Source: Escherichia phage slur09 | DNA length: 64,000 nt | Sequence record: NC_028840.1 | Direction: 5' to 3' (one strand) | Shown here: positions 37,594 through 50,300 of the stretch, in pieces | Numbering within the stretch: the stretch's first letter is position 1 | Layout of the letters: each line of letters begins with the position of its first letter | The notes under the pieces: model-generated | Seen by the model: the letters and a program-made list of their open reading frames with translations, nothing else | Told to the model about the DNA's origin: nothing | The model's database searches: none | Position numbers and translations under genes: made by a program

Positions 37594-40500
37594 ATGACTG
37601 ATAAGCTAATACGAGAACTACTAATAGACGTTAAACAGAAGGGGGCAACTCGTACTGCAAAGTCTATTGAAAACGTATCTGATGCGTTGGAAAACGCTGC
37701 TGCTGCTTCCGAACTGACAAATGAGCAGTTAGGTAAAATGCCCAAAACCCTTTACTCCATTGAGAGGGCAGCGGATAGAGCAGCGAAAAGTCTTACTAAA
37801 ATGCAAGCAAGCCGAGGTATGCTTAGTGTTACTAAATCTATAAATAATATAGGGGCTAAGTTAGATGACCTTGCTATACAACTTATTGAAGTAACAGATA
37901 AACTAGAAATTGGATTCGATGGAGTTTCTAGATCTGTTAAAGCAATGGGTAATGATGTTGCAGCTGCAACAGAGAAAGTTCAAGATAGATTGTATGACAC
38001 CAATAGAGTTTTAGGTGGTACAGCTAGAGGTTTTAATGATACTGCTGGTGCCGCTGGTAGAGCTTCTAGAGCTATTGGTAATACTTCCGGTTCAGCACGC
38101 GGTGCAACTCGTGATTTTGCGGCAATGGCTAAGATCGGTGGTAGTTTACCTATTATGTATGCAGCTCTTGCTTCCAACATCTTCGTTTTGCAATCTGCAT
38201 TCGAACAACTTAAACTAGGTGATCAGTTAAATCGTCTAGAAAAATTTGGTGTTATAGTGGGTACTCAGACAGGTACTCCTGTTCAGTCTCTTGCTAGATC
38301 ACTACAAGAGTCAGCTGGCTATGCAATCTCTTTTGAAGAAGCTATGAGGCAAGCATCCTCAGCGTCCGCTTATGGATTTGATGCTGAACAACTTAATAAA
38401 TTTGGTTTAGTAGCTCGTCGTGCTGCTGCTGTTCTTGGCGTTGATATGACTGATGCACTTAATCGTGTAATTAAGGGTGTATCTAAACAAGAAATCGAAC
38501 TTCTGGATGAGCTTGGTGTTACTATTCGTCTTAACGATGCTTATGCTGATTACGTTAAACAGTTAAATGCTGCTAACACAGGTATAACATATAATATTAA
38601 TAGCCTTACTACCTTCCAGAAACAGCAAGCGTACGCTAATGCTGTTATAGCAGAGTCTACTAAACGTTTTGGTTACTTAGATGAAGTACTACGTGCAACT
38701 CCATGGGAGCAATTTGCTGCTAATGCAGATGCTGCACTAAGAAAAATACAACAAGCTGCTGCTAAGTATTTAGGGCCAGTAATTGATGCTATTAATACTG
38801 TATTCTATACATCTCAGGCTTCTGTATCTGCTGAAGCAGCTAGAGCTCAAGAAAAAACTAATAGACAGATAGATCCTACTAACGTTGGTGCTGTTGCTTT
38901 AAGTTTGGCCGCTTCTGAAGAAGGATATAATAAAGCTCTAGATATGTATAAGGAATCTCTTAATAAGCGTAATAAGCTAAAATCTGAGTTCGATAAACGA
39001 ATGGAACAAGCAGATTTCTATACAAAATTAGCTATACGTCAAGTTGGTGAAGGTATTCCTGTTGGTCTTGCAGCAGCAGGTGCTTCGGAAGCCAATAAAC
39101 AATTTGTAGCAGAAACTGCCGCTATGGGACTACAAGTAGCTAGATTAGGTAAGGAAGTTGATGACTCTACGGAAAACCTTAATGCTTGGAAATCCGCGTA
39201 CCAAGCTGCTGGGGCTGCTGCTGCAAAGGCTAGTCCAGAGTTTCAGAAGCAAATTAACCTACAGAGAGATACTACTGATCCTGATGCTGTATACGATTTT
39301 AACTCTACTGTATTAAAAGGTCTAACTGAGCAACAGAAAGCGTACAATCAGACTAAGAAAACTGCTAGTGACTTAGCAAATGACTTTCAAAATATAGCTA
39401 GTAGCACAGATACTGCTGCTAAAACCAGTGCAACTTTTGAAGAGGTAATTAAAAACATATCATCTCTATCCGCAGGAACTGGTAAGAGTGCTGATGAGTA
39501 CGTTAAAAGTCTCAACTTAGGGTTTAACACTCTGTCTGAAATGAAAACTGCATCCCAGGCTCTATCTGAGTACGTTAAACTAACTGGTAATGAAACTAAA
39601 AATCAGTTAGCAGTTCAACAGAAAATAGCTGATGTGTATAATCAAACTAAGGATAAGGAAAAGGCACAGGAAGCCGGTAGGCGTTTAGAACTCCAACAGT
39701 TAGAAGAGCAAGAAGCTGCTTTACGCCGTGTTCTTCAAACAAACCAGGGGAATAAGGCTGTTGAGAAAGAAATTGAAAAAATTCAGCTGGAGAAACTTAA
39801 ACTTACCAATCAGGGTATGGAAGCTCAGAAGAAGGTCAAGGATTACACAGATAAAATTCTTGGTGTAGATCGTGAGATAGCTCTCTTAAATAACCGTACT
39901 ATGACAGATACTCAGTATCGTCTAGCACAGTTAAATCTTGAATTGACCATTGAAAAAGAGAAGTACGAATGGTATACAAAACAAGCTGATAAACAGAAAG
40001 AGGCTGAACAGTCTAGACGTTCTCAAGCCCAAATTGAACGTGAAATATGGAAATTCCGTCAGGATCAGCAAGCTGAAATGACCAGTAAAAGGCAAGAAGC
40101 CTTTGAAAATACTCTAACTTCCATGTTCCCTCTGGCAGGGGAAATGCAAAAAATGGAAATGCAGTTAGATTTTTATACTCAGATGAAAGAACTTACCAAA
40201 GGTAATGCTAACGAGCAAATGCGCTGGAATGCTGAAATAGCTAAGACAAGGGCTCAGATGTCAGCTTTAAAAGCACAACGTAATGCTCAGATGCAGCAAC
40301 AGGTAGGTTCTTCTGTGGGAGCTACATATACTCCTACAACCGGGCTATCTGGAGAGGATAAAGATTTTGCTGATATGCAGAATAGGATGTCTTCATATGA
40401 CCAAGCAATTTCTAAACTATCTGAGTTAAATTCCGAAGCAACTGCTGTAGCTCAAAGTATGGGTAATTTAACTAATTCTATGATTCAGTTCTCTCAAGGA

Positions 40501-41277
40501 TCTCTAGATACTACATCTATGATTGCTTCTGGTATGCAGACTGTGGCCTCTATGATTCAATATAGTACTAGTCAACAGGTTAGTGCAATTGATCAGGCTA
40601 TTGCAGCAGAACAGAAACGAGATGGTAAATCTGAAGCATCTAAAGCTAAACTGAAAAAGTTAGAGGCTGAAAAGTTAAAAATCCAGCAAGATGCAGCTAA
40701 GAAGCAAATTATTATCCAGACAGCAGTAGCAGTAATGCAGGCAGCAACAGCTGTACCATACCCGTTCTCTATTCCTTTGATGGTGGCGGCAGGTTTAGCA
40801 GGTGCCTTAGCTCTTGCTCAAGCATCTTCTGCATCTGGTATGTCTTCTATTGCAGATTCTGGAGCAGATACTACTCAGTACTTAACTCTAGGTGAGAGAC
40901 AGAAGAACGTTGATGTATCTATGCAAGCTAGCTCAGGAGAATTATCCTACCTACGTGGTGATAAAGGTATTGGTAATGCCAACTCATTTGTTCCGCGTGC
41001 TGAAGGTGGTATGATGTACCCTGGGGTTAGTTATCAAATGGGTGAGCATGGTACCGAAGTAGTAACTCCTATGGTTCCTATGAAAGCCACACCTAATGAT
41101 CAGCTTTCTGATGGATCAAAGACTACCTCTGGAAGACCAATCATTCTGAATATTAGCACAATGGATGCTGCTAGCTTTAGAGATTTTGCATCGAATAACA
41201 GCACTGCTTTAAGAGATGCCGTGGAACTGGCTCTTAATGAGAATGGATCCACCCTTAAATCTCTTGGTAATATGTAA
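37594..41277 (+). CDS. tape measure protein (pb2-like)
   Basis: 1227 aa; long Ala/Gln-rich coiled coils; C-terminal hydrophobic stretch and metallopeptidase-like region; position. Confidence 0.85.
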   Translation: MTDKLIRELLIDVKQKGATRTAKSIENVSDALENAAAASELTNEQLGKMPKTLYSIERAADRAAKSLTKMQASRGMLSVTKSINNIGAKLDDLAIQLIEVTDKLEIGFDGVSRSVKAMGNDVAAATEKVQDRLYDTNRVLGGTARGFNDTAGAAGRASRAIGNTSGSARGATRDFAAMAKIGGSLPIMYAALASNIFVLQSAFEQLKLGDQLNRLEKFGVIVGTQTGTPVQSLARSLQESAGYAISFEEAMRQASSASAYGFDAEQLNKFGLVARRAAAVLGVDMTDALNRVIKGVSKQEIELLDELGVTIRLNDAYADYVKQLNAANTGITYNINSLTTFQKQQAYANAVIAESTKRFGYLDEVLRATPWEQFAANADAALRKIQQAAAKYLGPVIDAINTVFYTSQASVSAEAARAQEKTNRQIDPTNVGAVALSLAASEEGYNKALDMYKESLNKRNKLKSEFDKRMEQADFYTKLAIRQVGEGIPVGLAAAGASEANKQFVAETAAMGLQVARLGKEVDDSTENLNAWKSAYQAAGAAAAKASPEFQKQINLQRDTTDPDAVYDFNSTVLKGLTEQQKAYNQTKKTASDLANDFQNIASSTDTAAKTSATFEEVIKNISSLSAGTGKSADEYVKSLNLGFNTLSEMKTASQALSEYVKLTGNETKNQLAVQQKIADVYNQTKDKEKAQEAGRRLELQQLEEQEAALRRVLQTNQGNKAVEKEIEKIQLEKLKLTNQGMEAQKKVKDYTDKILGVDREIALLNNRTMTDTQYRLAQLNLELTIEKEKYEWYTKQADKQKEAEQSRRSQAQIEREIWKFRQDQQAEMTSKRQEAFENTLTSMFPLAGEMQKMEMQLDFYTQMKELTKGNANEQMRWNAEIAKTRAQMSALKAQRNAQMQQQVGSSVGATYTPTTGLSGEDKDFADMQNRMSSYDQAISKLSELNSEATAVAQSMGNLTNSMIQFSQGSLDTTSMIASGMQTVASMIQYSTSQQVSAIDQAIAAEQKRDGKSEASKAKLKKLEAEKLKIQQDAAKKQIIIQTAVAVMQAATAVPYPFSIPLMVAAGLAGALALAQASSASGMSSIADSGADTTQYLTLGERQKNVDVSMQASSGELSYLRGDKGIGNANSFVPRAEGGMMYPGVSYQMGEHGTEVVTPMVPMKATPNDQLSDGSKTTSGRPIILNISTMDAASFRDFASNNSTALRDAVELALNENGSTLKSLGNM

Positions 41278-41283
41278 TATTGG

Positions 41284-41310
41284 AGGAGGACTTTATGTCC
41301 TCCTTTTCTT
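41284..41310 (+). terminator. terminator-like hairpin after tape measure gene
   Basis: AGGAGGAC/GTCCTCCT hairpin followed by TTTTCTTT. Confidence 0.6.
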
Positions 41311-41330
41311 TATGGAAAAATAAAAATTTC

Positions 41331-41359
41331 TTGATAAAATTTTCCAATACTATTATAAT
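41331..41359 (+). promoter_or_regulatory. sigma70-like promoter upstream of distal tail protein gene
   Basis: TTGATA-N17-TATAAT. Confidence 0.5.
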
Positions 41360-41386
41360 ATTGTTATTAAAGAGGAGAAATTAACT

Positions 41387-42001
41387 ATGAGACTACCAGA
41401 TCCATACACGAACCCAGAGTACCCAGGGTTAGGTTTTGAAAGCGTCAACGTAGTAGATAATGACCCTATGATTCGTGATGAATTACCTAATGGTAAAGTC
41501 AAAGAGGTTAAAATATCTGCTCAATACTGGGGAATTAATATCTCATACCCGGAACTTTTCCCAGATGAATATGCGTTCCTAGATTCTAAAATTTTAGAAT
41601 ATAAAAGAACTGGAGATTATCTAGAAGTACTTCTACCTCAGTATGAAGCATTTAGAGTACGTGGTGATACTAAAAGTGTTACTATACCAGCGGGACAGAA
41701 AGGTTCTCAGATTATACTAAATACTAATGGAACTTTGACAGGACTACCAAAAGCTGGAGATCTATTTAAATTATCCAGTCACCCAAAAGTCTATAAAATA
41801 ACAAATTTTACTAGCTCAGGAAATGTATGGAACTTATCTCTATACCCTGATCTATTTATTACTACTACGGGTAGTGAAAAACCAGTTTTTAATGGTATCC
41901 TATTTAGAACTAAGCTAATGAATGCTGATTCTTTTGGTTCTACATTAAATAATAATGGTACTTACTCTGGTATTTCACTTTCCTTGAGGGAAAGTCTATG
42001 A
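41387..42001 (+). CDS. distal tail protein (pb9-like)
   Basis: 204 aa directly after tape measure. Confidence 0.6.
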   Translation: MRLPDPYTNPEYPGLGFESVNVVDNDPMIRDELPNGKVKEVKISAQYWGINISYPELFPDEYAFLDSKILEYKRTGDYLEVLLPQYEAFRVRGDTKSVTIPAGQKGSQIILNTNGTLTGLPKAGDLFKLSSHPKVYKITNFTSSGNVWNLSLYPDLFITTTGSEKPVFNGILFRTKLMNADSFGSTLNNNGTYSGISLSLRESL

Positions 42002-44847
42002 AGCAGATACTCGATAGTGCTAAAACATATCTTAATACTCATGACAAGCTAAAAACAGCTTGTCTTATAGCTTTAGAGCTTCCTAGTTCATCAGGCTCTG
42101 CTGCTACTTATATTTATTTAACCGACTATTTTAGAGATGTTACTTATAATGGAATCTTATATAGATCGGGTAAAGTAAAAAGTATCGGATCTCATAAACA
42201 AAATCGTGAACTATCTATTGGTAGCCTATCTTTTACCATAACTGGTACAGCAGAAGATGAAGTATTAAAACTAGTTCAAAATGGAGTATCTTTCTTAGAT
42301 AGAACTATCTCTATACACCAAGCTATAATTGATGAAGAAGGTAATATTCTTCCTGTAGATCCTGATACTAATGGGCCTTTACTATTCTTTCGTGGTAGAA
42401 TTACTGGAGGTGGAATAAAGGATAATGTTAATACTTCCGGTATAGGAACTTCTGTTATAACATGGAACTGTTCCAACCAGTTCTATGACTTTGATAGAGT
42501 GAATGGTCGCTATACTGATGATGCTTCTCACCGAGGACTTGAAGTTGTTAATGGAACTCTTCAGCCATCAAATGGTGCTAAACGTCCTGAGTACCAAGAA
42601 GACTATGGATTCTTCCACTCTAATAAGAGTACAACTATTCTAGCTAAATACCAAGTTAAAGAAGAACGATATAAATTACAATCTAAGAAAAAGTTATTTG
42701 GTTTGTCTAGAAGCTATAGCCTTAAAAAGTACTATGAGACTGTAACTAAAGAAGTTGACATAGACTTTAATTTAGCAGCTAAATTTATACCTGTAGTATA
42801 TGGTGTTCAGAAAATTCCTGGTATACCTATTTTTGCAGATACTGAGCTAAATAATCCTAATATAGTGTATGTAGTCTACGCTTTCTCGGAGGGAGAAATT
42901 GATGGATTTCTAGATTTCTATATTGGTGACAGCCCAATGATCTGTTTCGATGAAACGGATTCCAATGCTAGAACCTGCTTTGGTCGTAAGAAACTAGTGG
43001 GTGATACAATGCATAGACTAGCTGCGGGCACAAGTACTTCTCAACCCTCTGTTCATGGTCAGGAGTACAAGTATAATGACGGTAATGGTGATATAAGAAT
43101 ATGGACTTTTCATGGCAAACCAGACCAGACAGCAGCTCAAGTATTAGTAGATATTGCTAAAAGAAAAGGTTTCTATTTACAGGACCAAAATGGCAATGGT
43201 CCAGAATACTGGGATTCTCGTTATAAGCTCTTGGACACAGCCTATGCTGTAGTTAGATTTACTATTAACGAGAATAGGACTGAAATTCCAGAAATTAGTG
43301 CTGAAATACAGGGTAAGAAGGTCAAAGTATATAACTCTGACGGGTCCATTAAAGCTGATAAAACTAGCCTTAACGGTATCTGGCAGCTCATGGACTATCT
43401 AACCTCTGAACGTTATGGAGCTAATATAACTCTAGATCAGTTCCCATTACAAAAGATTATATCAGAAGCAAAAATTCTAGATATAATTGATGAATCTTAT
43501 CAGGTTAGCTGGCAACCTTATTGGAGATACGTTGGGTGGAGTGATTCTATTTCTGAACACCGCCAAGTAGTTCAGTTAAACACTATATTAGATACCTCCG
43601 AATCAGTATTTAAAAACGTTCAGGGAGTTCTGGATTCATTTGGTGGTGCTATAAATAACTTATCTGGTGAGTATAGAATAACTGTAGAGAAGCATTCTAC
43701 AACCCCCTTGAAGATAAGTTTTCTAGATACTTACGGGGACTTAGACTTATCTGATACTACTGGTAGAAATAAGTTTAACTCAGTACAAGCATCCATAGTA
43801 GATCCTGCGCTAAGCTGGAAAACAAACTCTATTACGTTTTATAACTCTAAGTTTAAAGAACAAGATAAGGGTTTGGATAAAAAACTTCAGCTATCTTTTG
43901 CAAATATTACTAACTACTACACTGCTCGTAGCTATGCAGATAGAGAGCTTAAAAAATCTAGGTATTCACGTACACTTAGCTTCTCAGTACCATATAAATT
44001 CATTGGTATAGAGCCAAACGATCCTATTGCTTTTACTTATGATCGTTATGGATGGAAAGACAAGTTCTTCCTAGTAGATGAAGTAGAAAATACTCGTGAT
44101 GGTAAGATTAACTTAACACTACAAGAGTATGGTGAAGATGTATTTATCAACTCTGATCAAGTGGATAACAGTGGTAATGATATTCCAGATATTAGTAATA
44201 ATGTACTTCCTCCTAGGGACTTTAAATATACACCAACTCCTGGTGGTATGATAGGTGCTATAGGTAAAAACGGGGAACTATCTTGGCTACCTAGTCTTAC
44301 TAATAACGTAGTATATTATTCTATAGCTCATTCAGGTCATGTAGATCCTTACATAATTCAGCAACTAGAGAATAATCCTAATGAGAGGATGATTCAGGAG
44401 ATTATAGGTGAGCCTGCTGGTTTAGCTATTTTTGAATTACGTGCCGTTGATATTAATGGTAGACGTAGCTCTCCTGTTACTCTTTCCGTGGATCTTAACT
44501 CTGCTAGAAACTTGAGCGTAGTTAGTAACTTTAGAGTAACTAATACAGCTTCTGGAGACGTAACTGAATTTGTTGGTCCAGATGTGAAACTTGCTTGGGA
44601 TAAGATACCAGAGGAAGAAATAATTCCAGAAATCTATTATACTCTAGAAATACATGATTCTCAGGATAGAATGCTTCGTAGTATTAGGATAGAGGATGCC
44701 TATACTTATGACTATCTATTAACATATAATAAGGCGGATTTTGCTTTGCTGAACTCAGGTGCTCTAGGTATCAATCGTAAATTACGATTTAGAATACGGG
44801 CTGAGGGAGAGAGTGGAGAACAATCTGTTAGTTGGGCTACTATTTAA
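41998..44847 (+). CDS. baseplate hub protein (pb3-like)
   Basis: 949 aa, position. Confidence 0.6.
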   Translation: MKQILDSAKTYLNTHDKLKTACLIALELPSSSGSAATYIYLTDYFRDVTYNGILYRSGKVKSIGSHKQNRELSIGSLSFTITGTAEDEVLKLVQNGVSFLDRTISIHQAIIDEEGNILPVDPDTNGPLLFFRGRITGGGIKDNVNTSGIGTSVITWNCSNQFYDFDRVNGRYTDDASHRGLEVVNGTLQPSNGAKRPEYQEDYGFFHSNKSTTILAKYQVKEERYKLQSKKKLFGLSRSYSLKKYYETVTKEVDIDFNLAAKFIPVVYGVQKIPGIPIFADTELNNPNIVYVVYAFSEGEIDGFLDFYIGDSPMICFDETDSNARTCFGRKKLVGDTMHRLAAGTSTSQPSVHGQEYKYNDGNGDIRIWTFHGKPDQTAAQVLVDIAKRKGFYLQDQNGNGPEYWDSRYKLLDTAYAVVRFTINENRTEIPEISAEIQGKKVKVYNSDGSIKADKTSLNGIWQLMDYLTSERYGANITLDQFPLQKIISEAKILDIIDESYQVSWQPYWRYVGWSDSISEHRQVVQLNTILDTSESVFKNVQGVLDSFGGAINNLSGEYRITVEKHSTTPLKISFLDTYGDLDLSDTTGRNKFNSVQASIVDPALSWKTNSITFYNSKFKEQDKGLDKKLQLSFANITNYYTARSYADRELKKSRYSRTLSFSVPYKFIGIEPNDPIAFTYDRYGWKDKFFLVDEVENTRDGKINLTLQEYGEDVFINSDQVDNSGNDIPDISNNVLPPRDFKYTPTPGGMIGAIGKNGELSWLPSLTNNVVYYSIAHSGHVDPYIIQQLENNPNERMIQEIIGEPAGLAIFELRAVDINGRRSSPVTLSVDLNSARNLSVVSNFRVTNTASGDVTEFVGPDVKLAWDKIPEEEIIPEIYYTLEIHDSQDRMLRSIRIEDAYTYDYLLTYNKADFALLNSGALGINRKLRFRIRAEGESGEQSVSWATI

Positions 44848-46932
44848 ATGATTTCAAATAATGCACCAGCTAAAATGGTCCTAAATAGCGTCTTAACTGG
44901 ATATACATTGGCGTATATCCAGCATTCTATCTACTCTGATTACGACGTTATAGGCAGATCTTTTTGGCTTAAAGAAGGTAGCAATGTTACTCGTAGAGAT
45001 TTTACTGGAGTTGATACCTTCTCTGTAACTATTAATAACCTAAAACCTACAACAACTTATGAAGTTCAGGGTGCATTTTATGATTCTATAATAGACTCTG
45101 AACTACTTAATGCTCAGATAGGTATTAATCTATCTGACAAACAAACTTTTAAAATGAAGTCAGCACCTAGAATTACAGGTGCTAGATGTGAATCAGAGCC
45201 TGTAGACGTAGGTGTTGGGGCGCCAATAGTTTATATAGATACTACAGGAGAAGCTGATTATTGTACTATAGAATTAAAAAATAATTCTAATGCTAATAAT
45301 CCGTGGGTTAAATATTATGTTGGTGCGTTAATGCCAACTATTATGTTTGGTGGTGTGCCAATCGGGTCCTATAAGGTAAGAATTTCTGGACAAATATCCC
45401 TACCAGATGGAGTAACTATTGATTCATCTGGATACTATGAGTATCCTACTGTCTTTGAAGTTAGATATAACTTTGTACCACCTACAGCTCCTGTTAATAT
45501 TGTGTTTAAAGCTGCGCGTATAGCGGACGGTAAAGAACGCTACGACTTACGTGTGCAATGGGATTGGAATAGGGGTGCAGGTGCCAACGTTCGTGAATTC
45601 GTTCTATCTTATATAGATTCAGCAGAATTTGCTAGAACTGGATGGACTAAGGCACAAAAAATCAACGTGGGGGCTGCTCAGTCGGCGACAATTATATCAT
45701 TCCCATGGAAAGTAGAGCATAAATTTAAAGTGTCATCTATTGCCTGGGGGCCGGATGCTCAAGATGTTACTGATTCCGCAGTACAGACATTTATATTAAA
45801 TGAGAGCACACCGTTAGATAATAGTTTTGTTAATGAAACTGGTATCGAAGTAAATTATGCGTACATTAAGGGAAAGATCAAAGATGGATCTACCTGGAAA
45901 CAAACCTTCCTAATAGATGCTGCCACCGGTGCTATTAATATAGGTCTTCTAGATGCAGAAGGAAAAGCACCAATATCTTTTGATCCCATTAAAAAGATAG
46001 TTAACGTTGATGGAAGTGTAATAACTAAAACCATTAATGCTGCGAACTTTGTAATGACTAACTTAACTGGTCAAGACAATCCAGCAATCTATACTCAAGG
46101 TAAAACTTGGGGAGATACAAAATCTGGTATTTGGATGGGCATGGATAATGCTACTGCGAAGCCAAAACTGGACATTGGTAATGCTACACAGTATATTCGT
46201 TATGATGGCGATACATTAAGAATCTCTAGTGGGGTTGTAATTGGTACACCTAATGGTGATATTGATATACAGACAGGTATACAAGGTAAGCAAACAGTAT
46301 TTATTTATATTCTAGGTACTTCACTACCTGCTAAACCAACAAGTCCTGCATATCCGCCTTCTGGTTGGTCTAAAACTCCACCTAATAGAACATCTAATAC
46401 TCAGAATATTTACTGCTCTACGGGTACTCTGGATCCTGTTACTAATCAATTAGTATCCGGAACTAGTTGGTCAGACGTAGTTCAATGGAGTGGTACAGAA
46501 GGTGTTGATGGTAGGCCCGGAGCGGATGGTAGGCCAGGAGATACAGGACAACGTGGTCCTGGAATGTATTCTCTTGCTATAGCTAATTTAACAGCATGGA
46601 ATGATTCACAAGCTAATTCATTCTTTACATCTAACTTTGGTACTGGCCCTGTTAAATATGATGTACTAACTGAGTATAAAAGTGGAGCACCTGGAACAGC
46701 GTTTACTAGACAGTGGAATGGTTCAGCATGGGTTAGCCCTGCAATGGTTTTACACGGAGATATGATAGTTAATGGTACGGTAACTGCTAGTAAAATTGTT
46801 GCTAATAATGCTTTCTTATCACAAATTGGTGTAAATATTATATACGATCGTGCGGCAGCACTATCCTCTAACCCAGAGGGATCCTACAAAATGAAGATAG
46901 ACCTGCAAAACGGGTATATCCATATAAGGTAA
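44848..46932 (+). CDS. central/straight tail fibre protein (pb4-like)
   Basis: 694 aa; collagen-like [21 protein letters not shown] segment. Confidence 0.55.
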   Translation: MISNNAPAKMVLNSVLTGYTLAYIQHSIYSDYDVIGRSFWLKEGSNVTRRDFTGVDTFSVTINNLKPTTTYEVQGAFYDSIIDSELLNAQIGINLSDKQTFKMKSAPRITGARCESEPVDVGVGAPIVYIDTTGEADYCTIELKNNSNANNPWVKYYVGALMPTIMFGGVPIGSYKVRISGQISLPDGVTIDSSGYYEYPTVFEVRYNFVPPTAPVNIVFKAARIADGKERYDLRVQWDWNRGAGANVREFVLSYIDSAEFARTGWTKAQKINVGAAQSATIISFPWKVEHKFKVSSIAWGPDAQDVTDSAVQTFILNESTPLDNSFVNETGIEVNYAYIKGKIKDGSTWKQTFLIDAATGAINIGLLDAEGKAPISFDPIKKIVNVDGSVITKTINAANFVMTNLTGQDNPAIYTQGKTWGDTKSGIWMGMDNATAKPKLDIGNATQYIRYDGDTLRISSGVVIGTPNGDIDIQTGIQGKQTVFIYILGTSLPAKPTSPAYPPSGWSKTPPNRTSNTQNIYCSTGTLDPVTNQLVSGTSWSDVVQWSGTEGVDGRPGADGRPGDTGQRGPGMYSLAIANLTAWNDSQANSFFTSNFGTGPVKYDVLTEYKSGAPGTAFTRQWNGSAWVSPAMVLHGDMIVNGTVTASKIVANNAFLSQIGVNIIYDRAAALSSNPEGSYKMKIDLQNGYIHIR

Positions 46933-46936
46933 AATA

Positions 46937-47359
46937 ATGAGTACAGAAAATAGAGTTATTGATTTAGTAGTAGATGAGAACGTACCTTATGGTTTACTTA
47001 TGCAATTTATGGATGTAGATGATAGTGTTTACCCATCTACATCCAAACCAGTAGATCTTACTGGTTTCTCTCTTAGAGGGAATATTAAAAGTAGCTTAGA
47101 GGATGGGGCTGAAACTTTAGCATCTTTTACTACGTCTATTGTTGATGCTGCACAAGGAGTAGCATCTATAAGTCTACCTGTTAGTGCTGTAACTACTATT
47201 GCTTCCAAAGCATCCAAAGAAAGAGATAGATATAATCCTAGGCAGAGATTAGCTGGATACTATGATATTATAATTACTAGAACAGCTGTTGGTAGCGCTA
47301 CTAGCTCCTTCCGTATTATGGAAGGCAAAATTTATATTAGCGATGGAGTAACTCAATAA
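46937..47359 (+). CDS. tail collar protein (p132-like)
   Basis: 140 aa between pb4-like and fibre genes. Confidence 0.45.
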   Translation: MSTENRVIDLVVDENVPYGLLMQFMDVDDSVYPSTSKPVDLTGFSLRGNIKSSLEDGAETLASFTTSIVDAAQGVASISLPVSAVTTIASKASKERDRYNPRQRLAGYYDIIITRTAVGSATSSFRIMEGKIYISDGVTQ

Positions 47360-50300
47360 TGGCTATAACTAAAATAATCCTACAACAAATGGTCACTATG
47401 GACCAGAATAGTATAACTGCAAGTAAATACCCTAAATATACTATAGTTCTTGGGAATTCAATTAGTTCTATTACAGCAGGAGAATTAACTTCTGCTATAG
47501 AATCCTCTAAAGCTTCTGCTGCAGCAGCTAAACAATCCGAAATTAATGCTAAACAATCGGAGCTAAATGCTAAAGATTCTGAAAATGAAGCAGAAATTTC
47601 TGCAGCATCTTCTCAGCAATCTGCAACTCAGTCTGCTTCTTCTGCTACTGCTTCTGCTAATAGTGCTAAAGCTGCTAAAACTTCAGAAACTAATGCAAAA
47701 GCTAGTGAAACTGCTGCTAAAACTTCAGAAACTAATGCAAAAGCTAGTGAAACCGCAGCTAAAACTTCAGAAACTAATGCTAATAGTAGCAAAACTGCTG
47801 CGGCTGCTTCTGCTTCAGCAGCTAAAACATCAGAAACTAATGCCAGTGCTTCGGCTGCTGCGGCTAAAACATCAGAAACTAATGCTAATAATAGTAAAAA
47901 TGCTGCTGCTAATAGTGCTAATGCTGCTAAAGCATCAGAAACCAATGCTAAAACATCAGAAACTAATGCGGCGGCATCTGCTACTAAAGCTGAAAATGTA
48001 GCTTCTGGTATGCGAGATTCTATAGGTCTTGGTTCATCACAACGTGAGTGTACTGATATTTCCGGCGATCCATCAGGATATATCGGATTTATGCGTATTA
48101 GGAGTAGCGCAAAAGGCTTCCCGTCGATCGCATCCGGTGAAAACAGTATTACAGGGTTTATTAGTCAGGTAGATGGAACTCCAGCGTATGCAGGTGTATT
48201 TCAGGGATGGGATACGTTCTCGCTTTATACTTATCGCTGGAATCCGACAATAGGTCCGCAATGGCAGCGCCATGCTCGCAAAAATGAAGTTGACAAACTT
48301 GTACAGCTTAATTCTGAGACCCAGCTGTTAAACCCAGGTGATAATGCTAAAATTATTATTACTAGTAATAAACTTTGGGGAGCTTATGATATAGAAAATA
48401 GATCATATATACCACTTGCAGTAGGACAAGGAGGTACTGGCGGTAGGTCAGCTGCTGAAGCTAGAAATAATCTACAGCTAAACCGTTTTCAGCGTTCTAG
48501 TGATACAAGAACTATCATTTTATCTACAGACGTCCAGAAGGATGGTTGTTACTTACAGGTTGATGCTGATGGTCAATGGGGTGCGTTTAACCCTAAAATC
48601 GGTAAATGGCAAGCGCTTGCCATTCCGCAGGGTGGTACTGGGGCTAATGATACCAGCACGGCACGCACAAATTTGCAGGTTATGTATGAGGCAAAAACTG
48701 GCCTTGATGAGAATACGAACTTAAACGATATAAAAGGTACTACAGCTGGTTTTTATTACCAACCAATGTCTGCCAATGCAAAGCCAGAACTAAATTACCC
48801 TATACAGCTTGCGGGTGCACTGAGGGTTTTAAAGGACGGGGCTAATGTTGGGTACTCATGTATTCAGACTTATTATGTATACAATAACCCAAAAATCTCA
48901 TATAGCCGTGTATACAATGGTGGTTCTGACACATGGTCAGACTGGGTGAGAAACGTATCAACAGGAAGAATTGAAGAAGGAGAATCGACCACTTATGTTT
49001 ATTCTGATTATTCTCCATTAGCACCTAGACTTCAAGTGGGAACATCTGGATTGTGGGGCTGTCATAATGGATCATCATGGGTTCCATTATCTATTGGTCA
49101 AGGTGGCACAGGTGCAACTACACTTCAAGATGCAAAAACCAACTTACAGATCCCTGAAGGTGGTTTAACTAAAGCCATGCTCTTGCAAGCTCCCAAAGGT
49201 GCAGAGGATGGTAAATACTACCCTGTCATAATCGACGCCTCAGGAATTGAAGGTAACGGAAACCTTACGTGCCCTATTGATATAAAAACAGCAGGACGCG
49301 CATCATCCGATCCGATGAATAGCAATACATTTAGTGGGTATTTTAGATGTGGTGGCTGGTCTGATACCAAAGATATAGCTTACGGCTCATTTATTACCTA
49401 TGACAAAAATGAGCTTGGTATACTTTGTCTCAAGGTATCGCAGAAAGACTATCCGCAATATGTAGCGTTTTATATTCACAAATCAGCTTTCCCGATATTA
49501 TTGCAAACAGGCTATAAAGCGCGAGTTATTGTACCAACAGAAGATTATGTGATCGGCACAAACGGCGTCAAATATAAATTTGGTGTATCAACGTCAACAG
49601 AGGGTAACGCCGAGAACTCTGTTAAAAATGCTCTCGATTTCACCGGTGGTGAAAGCGGGTTTTATAGCAACCTGCCGTTCCGGCAAGGCTACGCCTATAA
49701 TGTGGCATTAACAAATGACCTGAATTTTGACAAAAATTTTACCTTCACTACTCCTATATTTTTAAACAATGGCCAGATTAAAGCAACACAATCTTTCACC
49801 GCGTACGGTACGGATGTTTCAAATAGATCGTTTGTCTCTCAAAGATTACAATCCGAAGGAGGTCAGGTTGTCGATCAAACCGAACTAAGGGCCGCTAACG
49901 GGTCAGGTGAGATCGTTGTTAGAGACGTAAACAATTCAGGTAATTCTAAATGGTTTACTTTTAGTCTCGATGGAACTATGTCATCATACAATGGTATTGC
50001 TGTAACCGCGAGCCAAAACTGGGCAATACAACATAATGACAATGTAAATAAGTTTAAGCCAATAGCAGGGAGCGCAGGCAGTCCTGACGGAACAATGGTT
50101 GTTGGCGGATTCCATGCTCAATTTAGTGGTAATTACGCCACACAATTCGCCGGTCGCAACTCCAGTTTTTGGGCAAGAAGTTTTGAGGCTGGGGTTGATA
50201 AGGGATGGAAACGACTATTAACAGTAGACGATCTCAATTCATCTACTAATCTTACTGTTAACTCATTAACTACCATAAGTTCTGTAAAATCAGGAAGTGG

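Noticed and set aside
47567-48001. Overlapping ORFs 47567-48001 (+) and 47628-47945 (-) with Leu- or Ala-rich translations
   Set aside because: Artefacts of the tandem repeats inside the tail-fibre gene read in alternative frames.
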